From assembly GCA_002633005.1 (NCBI GenBank), contig NMRA01000136.1, positions 581,401 to 645,400 of the forward strand: a stretch of 64,000 nt of DNA, read 5' to 3'. The position numbers and the translations under genes were made by a program. Below the pieces are notes generated by a model that made no database searches, had not been told where the DNA came from, and saw only the letters and a list, made by a program, of their open reading frames with translations. Positions 1 to 12,100 of this stretch are shown piece after piece. The stretch is from Phoronis australis. Taxonomy: Eukaryota > Animalia > Phoronida. Each line of letters starts with the position of its first letter. The first letter of the stretch is position 1.

Positions 1-109
1 AGTCATCTTTCAAACTGGTGGACGGCTTCAAGTGTTGCACTGAACCAAAAACCCATTAAAATTTAGACATTACCACCAACCACGTACCGGTAACTTGTTT
101 TCTTTTCAG

Positions 110-3100
110 GAGACCCCTGTGAGCAGCCGAAGCAACTGAATGGCTCTGACCTCAGCGAGTGTAACGCCAACAAAGGTCATGACTACTTTAGCGGAAGTGA
201 AACTGGTTTCATCGTTATAGTTCTTGGAATATTTATATTTATAATCGGTTCGTGTTCGACTACATCACTTTTCCTATACTTAATTTGTCCAAGTGTAAGA
301 AACGTTTATAAAGCAATAGCCGTTACGTAGGAACATGACTGTGTCCTATAACTCGATCTTGACTCGCGAAACTCTATTTGAGATAAGACTATTCTGAGTG
401 CAAGGTTAACCTAGTATTTTCTCATATAACGTCCACAACCACTTTCAAGGGCTCATGTAAGGTCGCAAACCTAGACGCAAAACCAGCAAGAACTTATGCG
501 ATACGCTAGTTAGTAATTCAGAATGTTTAGACATTGTTTTCTATCATGAAACCAAACGTTCCAGATTAGCAGTGTAACCACGCGCAGCAGTAGTCATCTT
601 GCAAAGGTGCACAATTTAATAAGACAGAGAGGTTGGCAGGTTAACCTACTCTGGCGAGATCTAGGGTAACGTTACTTGCAGGATAATAGGCTAATTGAAA
701 GGACCTTCATTGCTTCGCGCAGGTCTGCCTCTTGTGACATTTACTATAGTGCTGCACTCGACACACTGGCCGAGTGCTGCAAACATCGCCAAATATTGTC
801 AGTTGGGCAACAATACGTGCCGGCGTTCATAGCAAAGAATTGTAGCACTGGACACATATTATCGCTCCAAGGGGGAGACAGTATGTGTCGAGTACATATG
901 CTGTCTTATTTTGATGTCACATATTGCCCCCTCCTAAGAGATTATCTTTAGCAAAATATGCCTGTATACATGTAGACCAACGCAGGGGTCTGACTGCAGA
1001 GTTCGAGTAAGGGGCTGACCAAAAGTTGCGAAAAGCAAGACGGGTCTTGTGTAGCGCAAATGTTCCAGTTTGCAAAATCAGCACTCCTGCAAGCGAGACT
1101 GACATGAGGGGTGGTTATCGTCAACAACCATCTCCTAAATCTTCCCCTTGTTCAATTTGCTGCAACCTCATTTCGGGCTTTCTTACAATTTCCTGGACCT
1201 CGCCCTGGCTCTAGATTCGCCTATTTGCCAAAAACCCTGATCAGCAGAAAACCTTTCAGGAAACTTGGAGACAATATGTTCCACTGTTAAGTGCACATAT
1301 TGTCGCGCCCGACACATAATGTCACTGCGCGACAATATGTGCCAAGTGAGACGATTTTTGTCACAGCACAGCTCCACATGCTGCTTCAGTTAGGGGCTAA
1401 TATTTCGAGATAATAACTCACATCCCCTGCGTTTTAGGTTGTTTCTTGGTTCCCGTAATCGTGCTCAAGTTGAAGTTTATCTTACGCCGAGGTCGCTTCA
1501 GATCCTGGGAGCATTCTACTGTGATCAACGCAAGCACTGCAGAGAAACATTTCACATCAGAAGATGGTGAAGGTTGGTTACACTTGTGTGTTTTCTTGGT
1601 TACTGGTTCTTGAAACTTTGGAAAGTTGATAAAGTCATAAAGAAGACTGGCCATATAAAAGTTTACTGTAACTCAATCGTATCATCAAACATCTGATCAG
1701 GAAACAGTGATGTCAAAGCATAGGCGGGTTTACGTGGAGGAGGCAAGGCGTTCGCTCGCACAACAGGCACAACAACAAAAACAACGCCATCGCCATGTCG
1801 CTTTTAACGCTTACATTGTACCTGGACATTTACCTGTAGGAAGTAGAAATGACCCAAACGCAAAAATGTTAATGACCACGGCGATGCGTGTCGATGGGGA
1901 AGAGCTTTATTCCATCGACCTCTTTGTGCCCCTCCGTGGCCAAGCCGGTGAGAGTGATATTTTAATAACAGACGTGTTAAAACCATACGTCCTGTCGTAT
2001 TTGAAAACCACCATTTTCTTCGTGCTTTGACACTCTTATTATCCATAATAGCACCATGTAAGGAACTGATTGGCCGCTTCAATTGCTATTGATATTTTCG
2101 ATTTAGCGTTGGGTGGAACTTAAAACTCTTAGAATACAAGATTTTTGCTTCAATGCGGAATGTGTAGCGCATGCGCAATGTTTAGCGCGTTCAACATTAA
2201 AACCCTTGAACAGTATTCCTTTCCAGCGCTAGCAGGTGTTATTAAAATTTAGTACGAGTTGTGACGCAAAATCGCCTTTTCAGAATCGAATTATATTTTT
2301 TCACAGTCATTGAGTATCACGACAAGGGTAAATGGCGACATGTGAGTGTCACGTTCCTTGAAGCAGAAAGTTCTCTTGTCATTCAAGACAAGTGTGGCAA
2401 TATTCTGAGAAACATAAATCTGGGCAGCACAGACATGATTGTTCTTCAGCGAGCATCAGATTCAAGGAAATACGTCATTTGTGTGAAGGCAAAAATTGGG
2501 CCAGATCTGGTGAGTTTTCCAGTTATGCACATTTTTGTTAACCTATAGAAAAAGCCAGAAATTGTTGAACCAGTGCCGGTCTCCGTAGTTCGAAGGTATG
2601 AGCGGAGGACTGAAGGATTGTGGGTAATTGATGTCGGCATCAGTTATGCAGCTGTGATAAAAACGCATCGCTCACGTTGTTTACTCTATGAGAGTTCTAC
2701 CCTTTAGCTAACTCCAGCTTACGCTACAGAAACTTGCATTTTATACATTTACTAAAGCTGGTATTGTCTACCCGCTCATTGGCAATGTTCACTCAATCAA
2801 TCAATCAATAATCATATATTTTAGTGACCTGTACTACTCAGCCTCAACTTGGGTTTATAATTCACCATTTCCAAAGAGACCGTACAAAGCAAGTGCATTG
2901 CCCTTATGGAACTTTTGTATGTGATGAACATTATTTCAAAAGTGTATATTCCCAACGTAACACGATGTACCAAGCAGTAGAAAAAAGAACTGCAGCTTAT
3001 CACCCTTAATCTTCATTAGGTCTTGTGGTACAAGCGACTAGCTGATGTCAAGTCCCTTGTCGACAAAATAGAAAAGTTTGCTCGTGACCGGAACTTTATT

Positions 3101-6100
3101 ACGAACAAGGTAGAGTTATCCAAGTCGAAGATTTTGTCCGAAGCGCGAACTCTGAAGGAAGTCATGAAAGAAGTGGAATATCATTGTCGTTTCCTGTTTG
3201 CTGAGGTAATATCACTGCCTTGTTTTATGTTCTTTGCTGAGGTAATATCACTGCCTTGTTTTATGTTCTTTGCTGAGGTAATATCACTGCCTTGTTTTAT
3301 GTTCTTTGCTGAGGTAATATCACTGCCTTGTTTTATGTTCTTTGCTGAAGTAATATCACTGCCTTGCTTTATGTTCTTTGCTGAGGTAATATCACTGCCT
3401 TGTTTTAATATGATTGTGTATGCGGTTTTTGTTCTTTTCATACAGTGTAGGAGTTTTAAGAGTTGATAAATTAAAACTGTTGTAGGTTTTGCGCTTGCAT
3501 CTTGAACTGCTAATACAAGAATATTGGTGAAAGAAGTGAACTACCCCAAAAACCATATTTTTGGTGACCAAAAGGAAGTATTCGAGGTGTAGAGTGTTAC
3601 CTCTGAAAAAAGACATTTCCAATTCCTATACGAGCATTGACGTCGGCAGTGACTTGTTGTAAGACTTGAACCCCAACAAAATGTTTTTATGCGTCCACAT
3701 ATGTTTGCACGTCCGTCTGTATGCGATGCACATGTTGGGCGCATTTAAACGCTCCGCGATTCTTTTGGGAACGGAATATATCAATTTCTAACATATAATT
3801 GTTTGTAATGTCGACGCAGCTGGTAGTAGGAGCTTTTGCTAATACACAAGTATCGGTGAAGCAATCGAATCCCTGCAAAGAAGTCGTTTGGTGTGTAAAA
3901 TGAAGTGATACTCGAGATGTGTAATGCACAAAAATTCTTTTTAGTTGCTGGGTATCGAAATCCGCAGTGACGTGTCACACGACTTGATCAACAAAGACAT
4001 CCTTCAAGTCGAGCTTAGCAGGCATGAGTTTGCCGAGGCGACGCGGCTGAGAACGGAGTCCGAGTTTGTACAATTAATATATGACACGTTGGACAGCGAG
4101 AGAAGTGGATGTTTAAAGCTCAGAAAGATTCTCGCCTTTTTGGTTTTGCTTTGTGACGGTAAGTCTTTCTAGTACACTACAAGTTGTCCAGATTGGTTTG
4201 TTAAGTCCTCAAGATGTTGATACGATATCTGAGTTGAAGAACACCTGCTTATACAAAGGTAGGCAGCCTTAAGTTTATTTATCTAAGGTACCTAATGTTT
4301 AGGCGTCTACGTTTTTCTACAAATACGTTTTGCAGTGGGCTTCTGAGTCTACAGTTTATGAATATTTTTGAAACAACACAAGTATGTCGACGACTGCACT
4401 ATCTTTACCAAAGCTTTTTATTTCAGTTCCTTCAAAGAAAAAACTGAAAGCTCTGTTTGACATGTACGACATTGATGGACGGGGGAAAGTGAAAAAGATG
4501 GACTTCCTCGAAGTTATTACGTGGGTTACAAAAAGAATTCCATTTGAAAATAAAATGCTGAGACTAAATGACGAATAACTGTTAATCTTGTGCCAGTTTA
4601 ATCAAAATAGAAAATCTCGTTTCTTGATAAACAGCTGTATCAAGTTATTTTTGAGGAAACAAAACTAGAGATAAGTTGTTAATGAATTCTGCAGAAGTAT
4701 AAAAAGTCTATAAATTGCCAAAAAGATACATCAATGGACACGTTTGATTCTTAATTCCTGTGCAAGATGGAAATAGATGTATTCAGTTTTAATGTTTCCC
4801 AGAACCATTGAGGAGATTGCCAACAGCAGAGGAGACGAAATGCTGTTGGAAGCCATGTTAGTTTCTGCCGATTTAGATCAGAAGCAGGAGCTCTCGTTCG
4901 ATGATTTGCTGACATTGTCAGAAAATGACGACACTTTACAGGGTTAGTACATTTAAGTTCCTCTTTTCAATGTCTTGTCTGAGCTCGTTTTTCATAAATC
5001 TACTATCCAATGCCTACTGGAAGTATGAAAACGATTATTTCACTCATATTAATTTTGAAAGTGATCTTCGGAACAAGAAGTCCAATCGTGCCTAATCTCT
5101 GAACTCTCTACCGTTCTCTTCCTTAGACAATATGGAGCGAGCGTTCGGAAGGTTGGACAGTTCCTGTACCCCTGATACCCAGCGTTCTTCAATATCGAGA
5201 CCGATGACAGTCCCGAAGTTTCACATGAGACCCGGCACAAGCAACAGCCAAAGAGTTAGGTGTGTATCATGTTTTGGTTTCTCGCTCGCAGGTTGTCTCA
5301 CGACGAGCTGTGGCAGTGTTGCTCTTGCAATCCAAAAGTATGCTCGTCCTTTCCATTTCTTGGCCGCCCTTTGCATTTTCGTGTCCGTCTTTCTGTCTGA
5401 AGGTCAGCCATTCCCATCGGCGCTTCATGCCTCCTAATACATGACCAAACCTATTTTGTAATAACATAGACGTAACCATACACATACGTATCATAGATCT
5501 GAATTTATAAAGGTCAGTTTTTTGTGCAATCGCTTCGCTCATGAGATATTGTAGCAGACAAATCTTCGTTATAGAATAATGTGGTTTTGGATGATGAAGT
5601 TGTGGAAATTTTTCTAGACAATTCCCAGGCCTGTATCTTTGACAACTTCTCCCCAGTATTTACTTTTAAAGATACATGACTTATTTATACGTTGCACTTT
5701 CATGGTTTTCATTCTAGTCTACAAATTGCATGTAACTTATAAGTTGGTAAATGCACCATATGTGCCTCTATACAAATGGTAGCTAGACCACCGGGGATGT
5801 AATTTCCTAATAAAACCTTAACTTCGTTTCAGTTCTGCTTCGACTTACGACAAGTTCGAAAAAGCCACCAGACCTGTATCAAGTCGTAAGACTGGAGTTG
5901 TAAAATGGTACAACTCTCTCATGAAGACGATGGCAAATTATCAACAGAGGATACACGTTGTGCTTCTGTTTTACTTGATCACTTTAGCTGTGTTTATCGA
6001 GCGCTTTCAAGGTATCTTTTAACGATGAATAATTGTTTTTACGATCAACTAAGCACGCCGAGCCCATATTATTTGTGGTGGAAACAGAACATGATTTCCG

Positions 6101-9100
6101 TTCAACCCTTTTTAGTGGTGAGTCTAGGACGTCGCAGGGGGAGGGGGGGGTCAACCAAAGTCTCCCGAGGATGAGAGTAAGCGTAACCCCTGGAAACAAC
6201 ATGCCGGTGCTGACATGTTTTTTAATCTTTTTGATCGATCCAGAAGACTACAAGGCTGATACCCTGGTTTCAAAAACCCATTTCATATTGTTTACGTGTG
6301 CTGTTAAAAACTTCTTTTCTTTTACTTAAATAAAAAATATGACCACCAGAACGTTCCAGTGATGAAAATTCTGAAATGAAATATTTTATTCTGAAATTAA
6401 ACACTGCTTTGTATAATTTTAGGCTTATTAACATTACTACAAGGTTAACACCGATTTATATATCAACTTTAACTGGAAATTATTATGCCTGTTTACAGCA
6501 TATGCAACCAATAGTGAACATTCGGGAATCCGCCGCTTGACCGGATATGGCGTACCAGTGACACGTGGATCGGCGTCGGCGATGTCGTTCACCTACTCTA
6601 TTGCCATGCTGTCTATGTGTAAGAACACGATCAACGCGTTCAGAAATACCCGCTTGGCTAACTACATACCCTTCGACTCGGCGCTCACATTCCACGTGAT
6701 TACGTCCTACACATCGGTTTTTCTAAGTGGTAAGTATTTTTCCACAAAACGAAGAACATTTGCAAGCATGCTTACTTCACAATCTTTGTCCAGATCTTCA
6801 AAAATTACATTAAGTGTATATTTACCAATGAGGAGGCAGTGTGGCCTGGTTGATAAGTACCCGCTTTCTTTCCTCGAGGTCGTGGGTTCGAATCCCACCA
6901 TGTGACACTGCTAAACCCTTGAGCCAGGTTTCTAGCTCCTCAGCTCGGTTTTAACCACATATTAATAAAGCATAAAAATATTTCCAGGTGATCAGTGCAA
7001 TGGGCCCACATGCGAGGCCTGCGCACGTCTGGTACAACGTGTATCAGACCGCCTGCAATTATTATTTTTTTAAATATTTACCAATTTCGTGTATTGTAAA
7101 TCTTTCCAACTTTTACACTGTTAGAATAACCCAGTGCGCAATCTGATGAGTTTTACAAATGGATGACTTCTGTGCTCTTTTTATGTGTTAATGGAAAATC
7201 ATTTGGTGCACGTGGGTGCCTCAGGGTTACGCTTTTGTGAGACTCGGTATTAGCACAAATGTTTACAATATCCGTTGCTTTCATGTTCCTATCTCATCCT
7301 GTTCTTAACTTTTGTGCGCATTTTCACTCTAGTTGTCCATGTCATCGGTCACGTGTTTAATTTCTACCACGTGACGACACAGCCACCAGACTTTGTGGAA
7401 TGCATCTTTAAGAACATGATCTGGTTTAGGTAAGCTCCGTACAGGTAGTTGGCAATTGCAATCTAAATATCTAACTTCATTAAAAATATCCACGTTGATG
7501 CAGATGAAGTTTTTCCCTGACCATTCTCAGGCGTTTTCCTTGCCCACTTCGGCAGCTGAATCTTCCCACACAAACCAAGGACTCCGCCTCGCAGTCACTT
7601 AAAGTGGAACTTGCAAGCTAATTCCTAATATCCGTGATTGCTTGGTCAAATTGGTTACAAATACAACATATAGCTACTATGTGAATATGAAGTAGGTTGA
7701 AAATTGCCAAATGAACGAGTTTTGTATCGAAATTGATTCAGTCAACCTCATCCAGTAAATGTGACGTGGTGCTGGGCAATAATACTGCATGATGCCGGCT
7801 ATGTGAGCCCAAAGGTACGTCATTAGTGCAAATATCACTTATTTGTAGAGAATTTTTTGTTTTCACATTTACAAATTGTCAGTGAAGAACATTGCACTTT
7901 GTTTAGCGTTGATAATGTTCAAGTAGCATGGTCGTTTAGTTCCTGCTATACATTAGCATAGTTAAGACCATGCAAATACATATTTAATACTTCGCTGAAT
8001 GGAAATATTGACTGGATGAGCCAGGAAATTGGCGATCGGGGAGCGCCAGGCACAGAATTTGTGGTATCTGGGAGGTAAGATACTTCAAATTTTGGGGTAA
8101 TCGGGGTTAAAATCGCGGGGCAGTTTAGTAACCACGGTTTTTAGATTCCTCATAAGTTAGGCCAAAACATATTAAACTCAGTTTCGGTGATGTCACCTCA
8201 CCTGAGCATGTGAATAGATCCCGTGGTTTAGGTCGGTGGTTGTGTAACTCTTCTGTAACGTTAGTCAAGCTAGCTGACATTTGTGCGTAGTTTTCAAACT
8301 TGCTCAAAACCTTTGAACGTTGACAATTATTATGTAGAGCATAAAAAGATTTAGTCGGATAAGTCGGAAGTTGATTTATGTTAATAAACCGGAACCAGGT
8401 AAAGGATCATTATGGAAATTTATGACTGTGTTTCTGATGTCAAGACGCCGGATAACTTTGATTTTCAGATATTTTCGACTATTCTGGCTCTCCCTAGAAG
8501 CAATTTTGCTTTCTTGCATCTATGGGCGTTAAGCCTTAACCCTTTGGAAGGATCTTTGCAAAATTTGTCAGATGGACTCCTATAGAGATGGCAACAGGTG
8601 TTGATTTTCAGATCCGTTGGACTATCGATGTGCCCCCTAGTGTCAACTGTTTTTTATGTTTGCCTCTACATCTTAGGGAGCTCCTTGGTTAATTTTCATG
8701 ATATTTGACGAATAGTTGTTTATTTCAGAGATGGATCCACCTTCTCAATTCAAATGGATTTGACGCATTATGCGCCATCTAACGGCCGTTTTTACTATAG
8801 TAAAAACACCCATAGAAGCAAACCGTTTGTGGTGCAGTCGTGGACGTATGTCGACGCTCAGCGTTGCTCTTGTTAGTACGTTTAAGTCATTGAATGTTGA
8901 TTTTGTTGTTTGGTTCCAGGAGCGACTTTTTGCCTTCTTTTGCCTTCTACATATTCAAAACGGCGACAGGCCTGACAGGTTTCCTTTTAATTTTGGTTCT
9001 ATCTATTATCGTTGCCTTCTCTACGCCCTGGGTACGCCACCGGATGTATAGTGTGTTCCTCCTATGCCACAGACTCTTCTACGTCATCTACGCGTTGATC

Positions 9101-12100
9101 ATTCTGCACGGTAGCGCCGTCCTTGTTCAGGTAAGGTACTACTTAACGTTGCATGTATGCCTCGGCTGTACATTCGTTGAATATTAATGCAAAACATACA
9201 TGTGGTAGCATTACGGACAATTTGTGTTTATTTGACATTTATTTCCAACATTTCATCTTTTTGTAAGAGAAACAGATTGTTATGCTGCAAGTGCAGATTA
9301 AACTCAATTCGATATTTACCATCGATTTCATTTTAATTCAAATGAAAAAATGAGGTTATGATACTAGTGAAGACAAACAATTATGTCTCATCAAGTTCAT
9401 TTCAGTCAGATCAGAATGGAAAATAACCTACATGACACTCAATTTACATGTAGTTGGAGACAAGTCCTAATTGTCGAGTGACTTTTATCGACTTCTCCTC
9501 GCTTCTAACGTCAGAAAATGAAAGCAACGCTCTCAAAACTAAAATTGACCTTTTCCTTCATGTACCTTTCTAGCAACCTTGGTTTCATTTCTTCTTTCTG
9601 GGACCGGCTACTCTGTTCACCTGTGACAAACTGTACGGAATGAAGCGAAAGTTGTCCCCACTTCCGGTTTTATTCTCGGAGCACATGCCTTCAGGTAAGT
9701 TTATTTGCCATTCACAGACGAAAATATTTGGAGGTTAAATAGTCTTGAATGTTTCGATTAGCTAATCTCAGACATTGACTAAGTACACTAATCGTAGAAA
9801 TTGAATAATGTGTAATCATATTCAATCTCTTAGATGACCAAATATTTTTGCTACAACGTTGTTCCCACCGATCTCACCACTCACGACATTCCTTTCTGTG
9901 TCTTGTCTCCTGAGCAGATGTCATCGGTCCTTTTGTCGTTTTAGATGTATTATACCTGAGGATCAAGCGTCCACCATTATTTGACTTTGTCCCCGGTCAA
10001 TACGCACAGGTTGCCTGTGATGCCATAAGCAGTCGCCAGTTTCATCCTTTCACAATAACCTCGTCTCCAGATGAAAAGTTTCTCTCCTTTCACGTTCGTT
10101 CTTTCGGACCCTGGACGACCGCCTTGTCGGAACTGATGGCGACAAACCGTCAGCCTATGGTAGGTATTTCCACTTTGTCGTAAAAGAAACAACAAATGGT
10201 CAGGGTAGGGCAACAAAGCTCCGCTAATCACCACTTTTCACTTCTCCGTTGCAATACCGACAACTGACTGCCAGTGTACAAATTTTATTGCTACATTGGC
10301 TAAATCGGTATAGCTTTTTAAATACAATTCACTAAATAACTACCGAGTTTTCCGTCGCCCATAAAGTACCATGTAGATTCATTAATTTCACTACCTAGTG
10401 GTGCCACTTGGTTACTATTTATGTAATTGATAGTCATCGTTATGGCAGTAATTGCTGAAAGTGCGATGCCACGAACAGATTTTGACGGACACACACGTTT
10501 TAGATGTCTTTAAAGTTACAATGTTCTTTTCCAGATGTATGTTGATGGCCCTTATGGCGGAGTGCCGGGAGCCTTTCATAAGTATGAAGTATCGGTGATG
10601 GCCGCTGGTGGTATAGGAGTTACTGCGTTTTCGGCCATTTTGAAACAGCTTCTCAGTGACATTACCTTTAAGTCAAAACCAGTGAAAAAGGTACGTAAAC
10701 ATTTCCAGTAAGCTGGTTACTACGCTTCAAACATTTTGATATACCGAGAGCTAGTTTTGTGTTCAACAAATGCTTACACCCAGGCGCGGATCCGGGATCA
10801 TGTCCAGATGGGTTATGACAATGGACAGGTACACATTACTAGAATTCAACAGTGGCATGGCACATGCTGTGAGACGGATTCTCCTATTTACCCGGTACTC
10901 CTGGAACCATGCCTACACCACAAAGATATCGAAAACTGCACTTTGTCGTATGATCGCCTATCATTGCTCAAGACATGGTTTTGTAATACTTACAAAAACA
11001 TTTCATTGAGCATTGTTGTTCCAGTTTACTTTGAAAATGGCGAACTTATAATTATTAAAAATTTTAGAATGGAGATGTTCCTATATATTTTCAGATTTAT
11101 TTTATTTGGAGTACCTGTAAACAGTCCCATTGGGAGTGGTTTGTCGATGTTCTTCGGGAGATTGAAGAAGTTGACGTAGAGGGAGTTGTTGACATACACC
11201 TGTTTATAACGAACCACTTTGAAAAATATGACCTCAGGACTTTGTTGATGGTAAGTTTAAGAACTTCATTTAAGTCAAATGCATAGGCGGATTTGGCTGC
11301 CGCAAAAAATAAAACAGCAAGAGCGTAGGGAAATGTTGAGTTTATTAATTAACCCCGGTAATTAAAGTTATACCGATGAAACAAGATTAAAATATGTGCA
11401 GTTTTAGTTTTGAGGCGGGGGGCTCAGATCTAATTTCAAGTGTCAAATTCGGAGCACTGCGCTATCGTAAAGGAACTATGGCTGCGTATAGGCTCTCTCG
11501 CGATATCTCAGGCGACCGGCAGGGGCGCTGCGCACTACGACTCCGTTTCCGTCGTCAGGTCCACTATGCAATGAAGAAAATTACTTCGTTTATTAAAAAA
11601 AATGGAACCTGATTGACGATGAAAAAACAGAAGCTCCTGGTAACATGTGAACTTTAATGGAAGCCTCAGTGAATCACTCAGAAACTAATAATTCTCTCTT
11701 TGTCAAACCTTAACTTAAGACGATTTCCAAAGCAATCCCGTCATTATTGCCAACACGAAAAACGGATTTAGTCTTTTGTGCAATTGAAGACTATTTTAAA
11801 TACAACAAATTTGTTACGAACCGATTGCACAAAATATAAAACGTGTAATAAGCATTACAGAAAGAAGTAGGTTTCGCGCGCAAACGCTGTGGAGCATAAA
11901 CAAGTAGGTCTTTTAGTATCACAGTAGAAGTTAAATCGTGGTGGTGTAGTGGTAAAGCACGCACGGTCTATCCGCCAGGTCGTGAGTTAGAGTCCGAGTA
12001 TTTTCAGTTTTCGCTGTTTGACACGTTGTCCGTGTTTTTTTTTTTTTTTTTTTTTTTGCCTTTTTTACTTGGATAATACTTCAGGAATCAAGGAAAATGC

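Noticed and set aside
1418-1654. Minus-strand ORF conserved in both duplicates (also 58684-59088)
   Set aside because: It is the antisense shadow of DUOX exon 1438-1572; the recent duplication explains its conservation.
1707-2030. 107-aa ORF with a possible internal exon at 1839-1948
   Set aside because: The frame and acceptor AG are not conserved in copy B (58969-59239), and the DUOX model is complete without it.
3197-3407. CRISPR-like 36-bp repeats
   Set aside because: The units are directly adjacent with no unique spacers, there are no cas genes, and the context is eukaryotic.
6836-6900. Possible tRNA gene ending in CCA
   Set aside because: Acceptor and anticodon stems do not pair convincingly; better explained as a SINE head.
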